A stretch of 64,000 nt of DNA, from the sequence record MK327931.1; one strand, written 5' to 3'. Positions within the stretch are counted from its first letter, which is position 1. The number at the start of each line of letters is the position of its first letter. Position numbers and translations under genes: made by a program. This document shows, one piece after another, positions 8,780 to 18,287 of the stretch. The notes beneath the pieces were generated by a model, which ran no database searches, was not told the origin of the DNA, and saw only the letters and a list, made by a program, of their open reading frames with translations. The DNA comes from Escherichia phage vB_EcoM_G17.

Positions 8780-8860
8780 TTTCATTTCCTCTTAGTAGGG
8801 GAAGATGTTTCCCCTTGATGTAAGTACTATAACACTACTGGATAGTACTGTCAATACTTT

Positions 8861-9118
8861 TTATCTCATAGATCTATGCCAACAATTACGCGGGGGACGT
8901 TTAAAAGTACTATCATGATCCTCCTGGCAAGTTATGCAGTACTTACATCCCTTAACAGCCTGGCGGCGATTCTCAGGGATTTTATCGCCACAGTCGAGGC
9001 AATGTATCAGTGATTCTATTTGTGCGTTAATTTGCTTTCTAGCGTGGTTTACGGCGGCCTGAATCACTGCGTTAATCTCGTCTTGTTCGGCCCCGTCTTT
9101 CGCGAATCCTACAGCCAT
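8861..9118 (-). CDS. TraR/DksA-family C4 zinc-finger protein
   Basis: Motif CLDCGDKIPENRRQAVKGCKYCITCQ matches the C-x2-C-G-x2-IPE-x-RR...C-x2-CQ signature of the TraR/DksA family. Confidence 0.65.
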   Translation of the reverse strand: MAVGFAKDGAEQDEINAVIQAAVNHARKQINAQIESLIHCLDCGDKIPENRRQAVKGCKYCITCQEDHDSTFKRPPRNCWHRSMR

Positions 9119-9315
9119 TATTTTAACCTTTTTCTATCATTAATTAATGCTTTCAGTACTATACTAATAACTTGCAATGATTCATCAATGACTATAAAAT
9201 TATTTTCTTTCATTAGATGATAGTTACCATTGATATTATATTCTAACGAGTACTGTTTACGTTTAATTTTTGATAATGTTTCTATTTGTTTTTGTACTGA
9301 TTTCATGCTAATCAT
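9118..9315 (-). CDS. hypothetical protein (65 aa)
   Basis: Track ORF; start shares a base with stop of upstream gene. Confidence 0.5.
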   Translation of the reverse strand: MISMKSVQKQIETLSKIKRKQYSLEYNINGNYHLMKENNFIVIDESLQVISIVLKALINDRKRLK

Positions 9316-9420
9316 TGTTAAACGTCCTGTAACGCATTCTAACGAGATAAACGGTTTAGTACTGGCATTGTATAGGGTAATGAATTAAAGCCCACCAGCG
9401 TTAACCAGTGGGCTATAATC

Positions 9421-9564
9421 TTACATCTTGCGGATAATCTTAACAGTATCTTTCACCGATTTACCGTCTTGCTGGCATTGCTCGATCATTGCGTATTGTT
9501 CTGCGGTCAGATCCTCGCCAGTTTTTGCCAGTACTGCGTCGATGAATGAATCCAGTGCGATCAT
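9421..9564 (-). CDS. hypothetical small protein (47 aa)
   Basis: Hand-translated (MIALDSFIDAVLAKTGEDL...); SD AAGAGAGA; promoter module upstream. Confidence 0.4.
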   Translation of the reverse strand: MIALDSFIDAVLAKTGEDLTAEQYAMIEQCQQDGKSVKDTVKIIRKM

Positions 9565-9663
9565 TTTATTTCTCTCTTAGGTTAAGTTAACTACTGTTTA
9601 TAAAACTTATTATACAGTACTATCAAACGTTGTCAATATATTTAATAGTACTGGTAATATATT

Positions 9664-9843
9664 TTAGCGGTAATCGTCGTATGCTTTATTCACCTGGCGA
9701 ATGTAACTTTCAAAGGCTTCGTCTACCGTTTCATACTCCCGAACATAATCACCATAGGAAACTACATACATACCTTTTTGATCTTCAAACGTCATGATGA
9801 TAGAATCCAGACCAACGATTTCAGTTTTTGCGATGATAGCCAT
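9664..9843 (-). CDS. hypothetical small protein (59 aa)
   Basis: Hand-translated (MAIIAKTEIVGLDSI...); promoter module upstream at about 9850-9910. Confidence 0.4.
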   Translation of the reverse strand: MAIIAKTEIVGLDSIIMTFEDQKGMYVVSYGDYVREYETVDEAFESYIRQVNKAYDDYR

Positions 9844-9936
9844 TTTTTTAATTCCTTAGTAGTGTAGTTGATAAAACTTATTATGCCAGTACTATCAATC
9901 ATTGTCAATAGCTTTGATAGTACTGTGATAATATTT

Positions 9937-10149
9937 TTAGTTAATGATAGTCAGTGTAAAATTGTAATCACCACAGCGATATAGCACGTTATTCCCAAAT
10001 GTTCCAACTAATCGCACATCACACAAAACGCCGGTTTTTTCTTTTACTTCCTTGATACTTGTAACTCCTGTAATATCTTTATTAAAGTATTCATGATCTG
10101 AAAATAAAACTTGTTTTGCATTTTTTAATTTCGACCGGATATTAGCCAT
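9937..10149 (-). CDS. hypothetical protein (70 aa)
   Basis: Track ORF; promoter/hairpin upstream. Confidence 0.55.
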   Translation of the reverse strand: MANIRSKLKNAKQVLFSDHEYFNKDITGVTSIKEVKEKTGVLCDVRLVGTFGNNVLYRCGDYNFTLTIIN

Positions 10150-10244
10150 TTTGTTTTCTCTCTGTTAGTGGGGAGAAGTTTTTCTCCCCTTGATGTAAAC
10201 TATTATACAGTACTATAATCTATTGTCAAACTATTTTTTTTATA

Positions 10245-10586
10245 TTATTCGAAATCTTCTGGACCGGACTGATAATCATCTTCACCGTATGCACTTTCTA
10301 ACTTCTCGCCAGTGTGGTCATCAGTTAGTGAGTCATCCTCATAGTTCACGTCTACGCCAGTGATGTAAAACTGGCTATCGTCTGGATCATTGAAATTAAT
10401 TTTCTGTATGTTTACAATAACTGTATTGATGCCCAGGACACCGCCATCAGCCGTTACAAAGTACTGATATTTTTCACAACCGCCTGAATTGAAACCGTAA
10501 TTAATTTCGGCCCGACCATCATTTAAACGCAGTGCCTGAGCGATGATTTCATTTTCAAAGTTAGATTGAGCAATTGAGATAGTCAT
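10245..10586 (-). CDS. hypothetical acidic protein (113 aa)
   Basis: Track ORF; promoter/hairpin upstream. Confidence 0.6.
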   Translation of the reverse strand: MTISIAQSNFENEIIAQALRLNDGRAEINYGFNSGGCEKYQYFVTADGGVLGINTVIVNIQKINFNDPDDSQFYITGVDVNYEDDSLTDDHTGEKLESAYGEDDYQSGPEDFE

Positions 10587-10796
10587 GATTTGTTTCCTTA
10601 TTACCAGGGGAAACCGTTTCCCCTTTCGATGTAAAACATTATACGCTTATTGAGATAGTTTGCAAGTACTTTTTAAAAATAGTTTTCAGTACTCAAACAT
10701 TATACAATAGATACACTCCTGCACCCTGTGGGCTAGTGAGCTATCTCTCAATGAATATATAATAGCAAAATGGCTGACCGAAGTCAACCACTTTTT

Positions 10797-10934
10797 TCAT
10801 TTATTTTTAGCTTTTAGAATCGCCGCCTTTCGTGTCATTCCTTGTTTGATGTACTCCTTTACTTTCGCTTTTTTAGCGTTTACCTTGTCTGCTTTCGTTT
10901 TAGGAGTACTGTAAATTATACCGTTAGGATTCAT
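10797..10934 (-). CDS. hypothetical lysine-rich small protein (45 aa)
   Basis: Hand-translated; TAAATG junction with upstream small ORF. Confidence 0.3.
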   Translation of the reverse strand: MNPNGIIYSTPKTKADKVNAKKAKVKEYIKQGMTRKAAILKAKNK

Positions 10935-11024
10935 TTAAATCACCATAAAGAATAGATAGGTTACTAACAACGCCGCGATCAATGCACCGACCAGGGCCGA
11001 ACTATAGTAAGCTAATGTTTTCAT
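10935..11024 (-). CDS. hypothetical membrane peptide (29 aa)
   Basis: Hand-translated (MKTLAYYSSALVGALIAALLV...); hydrophobic. Confidence 0.3.
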   Translation of the reverse strand: MKTLAYYSSALVGALIAALLVTYLFFMVI

Positions 11025-11173
11025 TTTTTAGCCTGAAAATAATGTTTAATTTGTGCGGCGGTCAATGCACAATTACGCAGGAAGTTTTCTGTATAACTGC
11101 GGCGAGTACTGAAAGAGAATTGACCTTTGCCGTTGCCGATAGTAACATCAAACCGAGCGTTGTATTGTTTCAT
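11021..11173 (-). CDS. hypothetical small protein (50 aa)
   Basis: Hand-translated (MKQYNARFDVTIGNGKG...); promoter/hairpin upstream. Confidence 0.35.
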   Translation of the reverse strand: MKQYNARFDVTIGNGKGQFSFSTRRSYTENFLRNCALTAAQIKHYFQAKK

Positions 11174-11257
11174 TTTGATTCTCCTTGTATCAGGGGAGAA
11201 CCATTTCCCCCCCCTCTATGTAAACAATTATACAGTACTGGAAACTAATTGCAAGTA

Positions 11258-11404
11258 CTATTTTTTAGATTTACGCAAACTTTCTACCATCTCAGGAGTA
11301 AGGCCCGGCGGGTAGGAAACCACTTCATCCACAAAACGCAAAGGGAATACCCCAGCGAAAGGTGAACGTGCTTTCTTGTTAGTACTCTTTTTTGATGCTT
11401 TCAT
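11258..11404 (-). CDS. hypothetical basic small protein (48 aa)
   Basis: Hand-translated (MKASKKSTNKKARSPF...); AAGGA SD; promoter/hairpin upstream. Confidence 0.35.
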   Translation of the reverse strand: MKASKKSTNKKARSPFAGVFPLRFVDEVVSYPPGLTPEMVESLRKSKK

Positions 11405-11473
11405 TTCATATTCCTTAATTAGTGGGGAGAATCATTTCTCCCCTTCATGTAAAACATTATACAGTACTGAAAA

Positions 11474-11683
11474 CTAATTGCAAGTACTATTTGAAAGTAA
11501 ATGCTCATACGCTGCATTAACTACGTTTTCAATAACCGACTGTACAGAAAGATCCCCCACGTCCCGGCTATAGTAGAAATCGCTTACAGTGGTGTCATCG
11601 TATGCAAATACTTTACCAGGTACGGCATCAATCACATACATATTAACCTTTAAGATGTCGATCTTATCCTGTACAGTAAGCAT
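11474..11683 (-). CDS. hypothetical protein (69 aa)
   Basis: Track ORF. Confidence 0.5.
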   Translation of the reverse strand: MLTVQDKIDILKVNMYVIDAVPGKVFAYDDTTVSDFYYSRDVGDLSVQSVIENVVNAAYEHLLSNSTCN

Positions 11684-11688
11684 ATTAA

Positions 11689-11961
11689 TTAACCTTTTAA
11701 GTACTGGCTTAAGTAGTCTTGTTGATCTTCGGTGATTGCAGCCATCTTCCCTAGTACTGGATTGATGATATAATCCCCTGTAACGTCCTGTAACGCATTC
11801 TCAGGCGGTTTAACGGCTGGGGTAGCCATAGCCATTGCCTGGACTTGTTCGACGCTGTAACGCTCATAAAGGCGGCATTCTTCCGGTGTTAACATAGCAT
11901 CAGTACGCTTCATCGGTTTAATGATGCTTTCGATCTCATTCAGTACTTGATTAACGTTCAT
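11689..11961 (-). CDS. hypothetical protein (90 aa)
   Basis: Track ORF. Confidence 0.55.
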   Translation of the reverse strand: MNVNQVLNEIESIIKPMKRTDAMLTPEECRLYERYSVEQVQAMAMATPAVKPPENALQDVTGDYIINPVLGKMAAITEDQQDYLSQYLKG

Positions 11962-12012
11962 GGTATAATCCCCAATATAAGCGGCCTGAATCGACCGCTA
12001 ACGATGTTTTGA

Positions 12013-12282
12013 TTAATAGGTGTATGGTTGACGTTCAAACAATGATTGCACGTTGTACGCCCCACTAATGGGCTTTGCTGGTAAATCAATTTTATATTGT
12101 TCACGCTTAAAGATAATAAAACGGCAATTGTTTTTTACATCAAAATTGATTGAACGTTCCAGGAGTTTTCCATCGTGTACAAATACAAGATAACCGCTTG
12201 CTACTTGTTTTGTAGTACTGGTTGCAACCATAGACCGACGAACATGCGTACCTGCATCGATTAAAGTACTGATATTTTTCAT
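12013..12282 (-). CDS. hypothetical protein (89 aa)
   Basis: Track ORF. Confidence 0.55.
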   Translation of the reverse strand: MKNISTLIDAGTHVRRSMVATSTTKQVASGYLVFVHDGKLLERSINFDVKNNCRFIIFKREQYKIDLPAKPISGAYNVQSLFERQPYTY

Positions 12283-12362
12283 TATACGATCCTCTTAAGT
12301 TAATTTAATTTCTTTCCCCTATGCAGACACTATATCAAAGTATCTGCATAAAGTAAAGCTAA

Positions 12363-12686
12363 TTAAAGATCTTTTTTGCGTTTAACATTCTGTACAGTAC
12401 AATGCAACGGGATATTAAGATCATTGCACACACGAGTAAGGGAGGTTTCATCAGTATTAAGCCCGTCTACTGATTCCTTTAAGAGAGATAACGCCGTTTG
12501 TTGATATGCATCTTCATAGCCATAAGTAAATGATTCAACCGCCAGATCATTCAAACCGTTATCCAGTTCAACGCTTACATGACAAGAATGATAAGTATTG
12601 CCATATGAATCAGTCCAACGTTTACCGTCAACATTGATTGCACGGATTGCAGCCAGGGAAACGGTGTTAATGATAGTTTTAGCCAT
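12363..12686 (-). CDS. hypothetical protein, paralog of 6245..6568
   Basis: Shared motifs with 6245..6568 (RWTD..GNTYHSC, FTYGY, C-terminal VKRKKD). Confidence 0.6.
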   Translation of the reverse strand: MAKTIINTVSLAAIRAINVDGKRWTDSYGNTYHSCHVSVELDNGLNDLAVESFTYGYEDAYQQTALSLLKESVDGLNTDETSLTRVCNDLNIPLHCTVQNVKRKKDL

Positions 12687-12775
12687 TTTTGTATTCCTTA
12701 AATTAATATGTTGTCTTGATAAAATCTATTATGCCAGTACTATCAAACTATGTCAATAGTACTGTGATAATATTT

Positions 12776-12919
12776 TTACTTACTTTTTGCTTTCTTTGCT
12801 GCTTCCACCTGGTCGGCCCATTCTTTACCCCATACTTGTAAATTATAATGGTACTGGCAAAGAGCAACGCCCCGCTTTAAACCCGTAATAGATTTCTGAC
12901 CACATTGACAAGTTTTCAT
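12776..12919 (-). CDS. hypothetical small Cys-containing protein (47 aa)
   Basis: Hand-translated (MKTCQCGQKS...CQYHY...); possible zinc ribbon. Confidence 0.35.
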   Translation of the reverse strand: MKTCQCGQKSITGLKRGVALCQYHYNLQVWGKEWADQVEAAKKAKSK

Positions 12920-13005
12920 TTTAGTTTCCTTGTAGTGGGGAGAACCATTTCTCCCCTTGATGTAATGTATTATACTTTATTCGATTTACTTTGCAAGTAC
13001 TTTTT

Positions 13006-13233
13006 TTAATTTAATTCATCCAGGCAAAGGATACGCTCAACGCCCAAATCAGTTAAACTAATCGACGGCACTTGATAGGTTTCAATGTATGCTACACTTG
13101 CCCACTGACCGAACTCATTAACGGCCCAGGTATTCATTGCATTTTGCAATTCCGCACCTTCCTTGTTGGTAATTACAGCAACAGTAGAAGAATTACCAGT
13201 AGTACCAGATACGCGAGTGATTACGATAGCCAT
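13006..13233 (-). CDS. hypothetical protein (75 aa)
   Basis: Track ORF. Confidence 0.55.
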   Translation of the reverse strand: MAIVITRVSGTTGNSSTVAVITNKEGAELQNAMNTWAVNEFGQWASVAYIETYQVPSISLTDLGVERILCLDELN

Positions 13234-13302
13234 TTTTTAATTCCTATTCAGTAGTTGATGTATGTATTATGTCAGTACTTAAAACTATTGTCAAACTATT
13301 TT

Positions 13303-13455
13303 TTAAAGTTTATCAATGATTGATGCCGTTTCATTGATAGTCTTGCCGTGTTTTGCACACGCGATAACTGCTTTAAATTCCTTTGATGACCAATCTTTCT
13401 TGCTGCATACTGACATTACTTGTAAAGTAAAACAATCCAGTTCATAAGTATTCAT
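13303..13455 (-). CDS. hypothetical small protein (50 aa)
   Basis: Hand-translated (MNTYELDCFTLQVMSVCSKKDW...); GAGGA SD. Confidence 0.35.
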   Translation of the reverse strand: MNTYELDCFTLQVMSVCSKKDWSSKEFKAVIACAKHGKTINETASIIDKL

Positions 13456-13669
13456 CTTTAAATCCTCAGTTAGTTAAGGTGTCTCGCCTTGATGTAATTA
13501 ATTATACGCTAATCTCTTAATCGTGCAAGTACTTTTTATTACTTTTTGCAAAATACTTTAAACGCTCTCAATCGCATTCTAACGACCTTAACTCCACCAG
13601 CTAGGGCGATGTATCAGATAATCAGTTTAATGCGTTAGGCGGTGCTAGTGGACTGGAATACTATAGACA

Positions 13670-13697
13670 CAAAAAAGCCCACTGTTTAAGGTGGGCT
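13670..13697 (-). terminator. Rho-independent terminator (AGCCCAC-N8-GTGGGCT plus T-run on minus strand)
   Basis: Perfect 7 bp inverted repeat followed by run of T on minus strand, immediately downstream of gene 13719..14201. Confidence 0.6.
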
Positions 13698-13718
13698 AGT
13701 GATTCAGTACTTTAATTT

Positions 13719-14201
13719 TTATGCTTCAACTTTGCGATGAGCTTCGATCCATTCCTCGCGAGTCATACCGCTTTCTTTGATAGCGTCCAGTACTACCGCA
13801 ATGCAGTTACCGCGTACAGGAATCAAATGTTCTTCCCCGTTATCAAGTACTACCGCTACACGTTCCTGAATCCATTTTTTAGGCTTAGATTCCGGCTTAT
13901 CTTCACCATACTTAACCGCCAGGGCTTTATGTGCCATTTCCACAACCACTTCCAGATCCAATCCAGACACTGCCGCCTGAATACTTTCAATTGTTGCTTG
14001 TAGTTCTGCTTCACGGGCTTTTTTCTGTTCTTCCAGTTCTGCTACCTTTTTGGCTTGCAGTTCTTTCGCAGTACTGTACGCAATGTTAAAATTGTTGCGT
14101 ACCGCTTTCATGGTATCGCTATCCAGTTCAGCCAGGATTTCTGCCGCTACGTTAGTTTCATTTGCTACCAGTGCTTTGATGAATGATTTTACATTAGCCA
14201 T
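13719..14201 (-). CDS. hypothetical protein (160 aa)
   Basis: Track ORF 13719..14216 trimmed to ATG 14201 (MANVKSF) with GAGGA SD. Confidence 0.6.
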   Translation of the reverse strand: MANVKSFIKALVANETNVAAEILAELDSDTMKAVRNNFNIAYSTAKELQAKKVAELEEQKKAREAELQATIESIQAAVSGLDLEVVVEMAHKALAVKYGEDKPESKPKKWIQERVAVVLDNGEEHLIPVRGNCIAVVLDAIKESGMTREEWIEAHRKVEA

Positions 14202-14400
14202 TTTATAAATCCTCAATTAAAGTTTAGTTTACGTTAGATAGTGTATCAAAGTTTTCTCGACGTGTCCAGTTTTTCGTTCGACTTACTGGCGGTCTACTTA
14301 GTGCTCCCCGTCTTGATGTAATACATTCTACGCTTTTCTGTGGTAATGTCAACTACTTTTTTAAAACTATTTTTAAAGTATCTCAGTACTACGATACTAC

Positions 14401-14433
14401 AAAAACAAAAAAGCCCACTGTTTAAGGTGGGCT
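14401..14433 (-). terminator. Rho-independent terminator, second copy of AGCCCAC/GTGGGCT hairpin
   Basis: Same hairpin as 13670..13697 followed by T-run on minus strand, after gene 14451..14750. Confidence 0.6.
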
Positions 14434-14450
14434 AGTGATTCAGTACTAGA

Positions 14451-14750
14451 TTATAAACAGTTAATTACTCCGGTGTGCGTTACTTTCTCAGTATCCATAA
14501 CCGTGACCGATCCACGCTTAGTACTGGCATCATAATAAATTGTGGTGCTACCGTTTTCGTCTTCTTCATGGAACGGGCCGTTTTTAAATGCTTCCGGCTG
14601 GATCTCTAAATCCTTTAATACAATCTCGCCAGTTCTTTCATCGGTCATTGCAACAGTGCACTGAATGAATTTTTCATTACTTACATCTAATGACGCATTA
14701 ACAGCGAAAGAGGAAACAGATAAAGCCAGGGCGATGATTGCAATTTTCAT
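14451..14750 (-). CDS. hypothetical secreted protein (N-terminal signal peptide)
   Basis: N-terminus MKIAIIALALSVSSFAVNAS is signal-peptide-like. Confidence 0.55.
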   Translation of the reverse strand: MKIAIIALALSVSSFAVNASLDVSNEKFIQCTVAMTDERTGEIVLKDLEIQPEAFKNGPFHEEDENGSTTIYYDASTKRGSVTVMDTEKVTHTGVINCL

Positions 14751-14834
14751 TTGATTATCCTTAGTTACCAGGGGGAACCGCTCCCCCTTGCTATGTAAAA
14801 TATTATACAGTACTAAAAACTAATTGCAAGTACT

Positions 14835-15071
14835 TTATGATTTTTTATAAAACATTTCGGCAGTGATATTTTTACCCGTTGGCTGTACTTTATCCAGAAT
14901 TTTTTGATGCCCTGGCCGTCCAAATGAATATGATCCGTAAACCGTAAACCAGTAGTTACCCTCAGTGTTTACATGTACAGCACAATAGGGAACGCCCCGC
15001 GATTCATCACTAGTAAAGTGTGCTACCGTTCCCGTTACATTCGAAGTCGTTGATTTGATTTGTTCAAGCAT
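14835..15071 (-). CDS. hypothetical protein (78 aa)
   Basis: Track ORF. Confidence 0.55.
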   Translation of the reverse strand: MLEQIKSTTSNVTGTVAHFTSDESRGVPYCAVHVNTEGNYWFTVYGSYSFGRPGHQKILDKVQPTGKNITAEMFYKKS

Positions 15072-15313
15072 TTTCTTATTCCTTAGTTACCAGGGGAACC
15101 GCTCCCCTATGCAAAACATTATACGCGTTTAAAAACTAATAGCAAGTATTTTAATAAAAAGTATTTGGAAAATAATTGTTGACAAGTGCATCCAGTACTG
15201 GCATAATTACTACATCAAGACGAAACAGTCACTAACCCACCGGGTGCATAGATCCGTCTATTAAATGATTCAGTACTGAAAAAGTAACGGGGAGTTATTA
15301 TCTCCCCGCGTTG

Positions 15314-15535
15314 TTATTTTGTAAGGTATAAACAGAAGTCACCTTTATTTGCTACGCCGCCAGTGTAACGCGATGAATAGTTAGAAATATCTTGTACTTC
15401 TGCTATTACCAGTGTATCATCATTCATTTCGTCGCAGAAGCAAACGGCTGGATCTTTTACGCCGATATTGTCGGCATGTTCCCGCATAGATTTAACCAGT
15501 GCTTCCAGTTGAGAAAGAGTAGTGATATTAGCCAT
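15314..15535 (-). CDS. hypothetical protein (73 aa)
   Basis: Track ORF 15314..15565 trimmed to MANITTL (GAGGA SD). Confidence 0.55.
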   Translation of the reverse strand: MANITTLSQLEALVKSMREHADNIGVKDPAVCFCDEMNDDTLVIAEVQDISNYSSRYTGGVANKGDFCLYLTK

Positions 15536-15621
15536 TGTATTTTCCTCATTACCAGGGAGAACCATTTCTCCCCTCTATGTAAACTATTATACAGTACTGA
15601 AAACTAATTGCAAGTACTTTT

Positions 15622-15825
15622 TTAATTTAATTGCTTTAAAACATACTCAAAGACACCACGCACATCATTGATCATCGCCTGGCGGTTAGCAGGTAACGCA
15701 TCAGGATCGCCACTATCCCAGGCATTGATAAAACTCCCCAAATCATGATAGATTTTATTCTGTAAGCCGATTAACTGTAATTCTTTTTCTTCAAGCTCTT
15801 TGATGCGGTCGATTAAATCACTCAT
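15622..15825 (-). CDS. hypothetical protein (67 aa)
   Basis: Track ORF 15622..15861 trimmed to MSDLIDR (GAGGA SD). Confidence 0.5.
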   Translation of the reverse strand: MSDLIDRIKELEEKELQLIGLQNKIYHDLGSFINAWDSGDPDALPANRQAMINDVRGVFEYVLKQLN

Positions 15826-15842
15826 TAGATAATCCTCAGTAC

Positions 15843-16127
15843 TTAACTGTAAGATCCGCAACGGTCGCAGTAGTGCCCGTCCTCGTCATCGTCAACGAAT
15901 TGACCGACGAAATGATCTACTTTCGCTTTCAGGTTATTATAATCGTTTTCTACTTCATTTAAACGCTTCTGGTAGTATTCCAGTGCTTTAAGATATGCCG
16001 CATCAGCAGTTTTCTCCTGCATAGCTAAATTCATGCCACGCGTTTCATCGTACAGCCAAAAACCATCGGTGCACTGGCTAATAGATAATGACTTGCTTAG
16101 TACTGTATAGTTAATTACTTTACCCAT
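15843..16127 (-). CDS. hypothetical protein (94 aa)
   Basis: Track ORF; same RBS context as 15622..15825. Confidence 0.55.
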   Translation of the reverse strand: MGKVINYTVLSKSLSISQCTDGFWLYDETRGMNLAMQEKTADAAYLKALEYYQKRLNEVENDYNNLKAKVDHFVGQFVDDDEDGHYCDRCGSYS

Positions 16128-16219
16128 TAGATAATCCTCAGTAAAGGCGGGAACTATTCCCCGCCTCGATATAAAGTATTATACGTTAATCTAACTACAA
16201 TGCAAGTACTTTTTAAATT

Positions 16220-16486
16220 TTATAATCCTTTTACTGCATCAGGTGCGACTACTCCATCAATGTATTGAACATCGTTTTCAACTTCACGGGCGGCATCATT
16301 CAGCAGATCAAAATTAAATTCCATTTCTTCCAGATCATCGAAATCAGGCTCATAACCATTAATTGTTGAATAAGTCCAAGTACCTTTTTCATAAGTTACG
16401 ACACTTACATCAGGGAAGAAATCTTGCACATGATCCATCGCATCCCGAACCAATTGATGTGCAGTTGTGATATTTAAAGTTTTCAT
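16220..16486 (-). CDS. hypothetical protein (88 aa)
   Basis: Track ORF. Confidence 0.55.
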   Translation of the reverse strand: MKTLNITTAHQLVRDAMDHVQDFFPDVSVVTYEKGTWTYSTINGYEPDFDDLEEMEFNFDLLNDAAREVENDVQYIDGVVAPDAVKGL

Positions 16487-16579
16487 TTTGTTGCCCTTTT
16501 AGTGTGAGCGGGGAACCACTCCCCGCCTCGATGTAAAGTATTATACGCTTTTAAACTTAGTTTGCAAGTACTTTTTAAA

Positions 16580-17191
16580 TTAATATGCGATTGATTCTAC
16601 TACGTCATCAATAACATTGAATTGATATTCGTTACCCTCAATCAGTGCCGTAATGTTTTCAGTAGTGAATTGATCCTCATATGCATTCTCTAAATCACGG
16701 TACAACTTGCGGGATAATTCACGAATAGTTTCAGTGAGTAGTTCCTCAAGCTCATTAACTAACGTTTCTTGTTTTGCGGTTAAATCAGTGTAAGCCGATT
16801 CAATGTACCCGCTTACAGTATTCTCATGCGAGTAGTGGGAGTGAGAACGCTTTACACTCATCGCCAAATCATCTTCATTCAGCAGGTGACGGATTGAGCG
16901 ATACTTAGTTAATGCTCTTACCTTGCGTAAAAACTTCACTGCGTCAACGTGGTCAGTACTGATTGATGCACCGTCACCCTGGGACCAAAAACCACTGAAT
17001 TGTATTTCAGCTTCATTAATGCCATATTCCGGTAGTACTGTTTCTTTATAGTATTCAATTTCACTTTCAGAAAAATAATTGTCGTTTGAGTTTTTTTCAC
17101 GTTCCCGAACCAGTTCGATAGCTGACGTTTTTTGTTCTGCGTTCAATTCAGAAAAATCCATAACGAAAGTAGTAGTAGTGATAGTTTTCAT
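16580..17191 (-). CDS. hypothetical protein (203 aa)
   Basis: Track ORF; tandem promoters and structured leader upstream (17200-17400). Confidence 0.65.
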   Translation of the reverse strand: MKTITTTTFVMDFSELNAEQKTSAIELVREREKNSNDNYFSESEIEYYKETVLPEYGINEAEIQFSGFWSQGDGASISTDHVDAVKFLRKVRALTKYRSIRHLLNEDDLAMSVKRSHSHYSHENTVSGYIESAYTDLTAKQETLVNELEELLTETIRELSRKLYRDLENAYEDQFTTENITALIEGNEYQFNVIDDVVESIAY

Positions 17192-17617
17192 TTTGTAACC
17201 CTCATTCAGTAGTTGATGTAAGTATTATACGCTTTTAAAAACATTTGTCAAACTATTTTATCAGGGGAGTTTTTCGTGTGCCTTACTCCTGGGCTACTTA
17301 ACGGGAAGTTACTTATTTCGTTCCCCGTCCTGATGTAAAACATTATACGCCTTTAAACATAGTTTGCAAGTACTTTTTAAAAATAGTTTTCAGTACTGAA
17401 TATTTAAAAAAGTATTGACAGCATTATCAAGTACTGGCATAATATACCCCATGACAACAGCTAACCCACCGGGTGCACAATTGTAACTATACTAAACTAC
17501 TTTTTCTATAGATACACTCCCGCACCCTATGGGCTACGGCTTATCTGCCAATGAATACATTATGCCAGTACTGACAAAATAAGTCAATACCGGCAATTGT
17601 AAAGATTTGTAAACTGC

Positions 17618-17848
17618 TTATACTGCAATCGCGTCCAGGCTATAATAATAATAAGTGCCGTATTGGTGTACTTTATTACCTTTTATTTCAGTACTGAATG
17701 AATCCGAACGGTTTGCATATGATGTTAATTTAAAGTACTTTGATTTGCTGATACGTTGCCATACACCGCAGATCCGCTGTAAGTAAGTAGTTTTATTCGT
17801 GGTAGTATCTTTTACAGTTTTAACTTCAGTCATATACATATTAGTCAT
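17618..17848 (-). CDS. hypothetical protein (76 aa)
   Basis: Track ORF; GGAG SD. Confidence 0.5.
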   Translation of the reverse strand: MTNMYMTEVKTVKDTTTNKTTYLQRICGVWQRISKSKYFKLTSYANRSDSFSTEIKGNKVHQYGTYYYYSLDAIAV

Positions 17849-17935
17849 TTTTATTACTCCAGGTTATAGGCGGGAAGAGTTCCCGCTCTCGATGTAAAAC
17901 ATTATACGCCATTAAACATAGTTTGCAAGTACTTT

Positions 17936-18202
17936 TTATTCAAGTACTGCAATCTTTTTAGTACGGTACACGGTCACGCGGTTGCCCTTTCGGTCGAGCT
18001 TTATTTCTACCACTCGACGCGATACACTATCAGGACTTTTCAACGCCGCTAACCAGTACTGTAATGATCTGGCGGTACTACGCTTTATAATGGCCCAACG
18101 TTTACCACGTTCCGATTGTACGCCCATATCTTTAAACGTTGCCCCGTCCTGGCGTGCGGCGATCCGAGCTTGTTCACGCGTCGCAAAATACTTAATATTC
18201 AT
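17936..18202 (-). CDS. hypothetical protein, paralog of 5754..6149
   Basis: Shares KYFATREQARIAARQDGATFKDMG and DRKGNRVTV motifs with 5754..6149; start trimmed to MNIKYF. Confidence 0.55.
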   Translation of the reverse strand: MNIKYFATREQARIAARQDGATFKDMGVQSERGKRWAIIKRSTARSLQYWLAALKSPDSVSRRVVEIKLDRKGNRVTVYRTKKIAVLE

Positions 18203-18287
18203 GCTGTTGCCCTTATCGTTGGTGTATGAATAAAACACTATTATAAAGTACTATCGCAAAAAATGATAGTACTTTAAATAAATTCTA

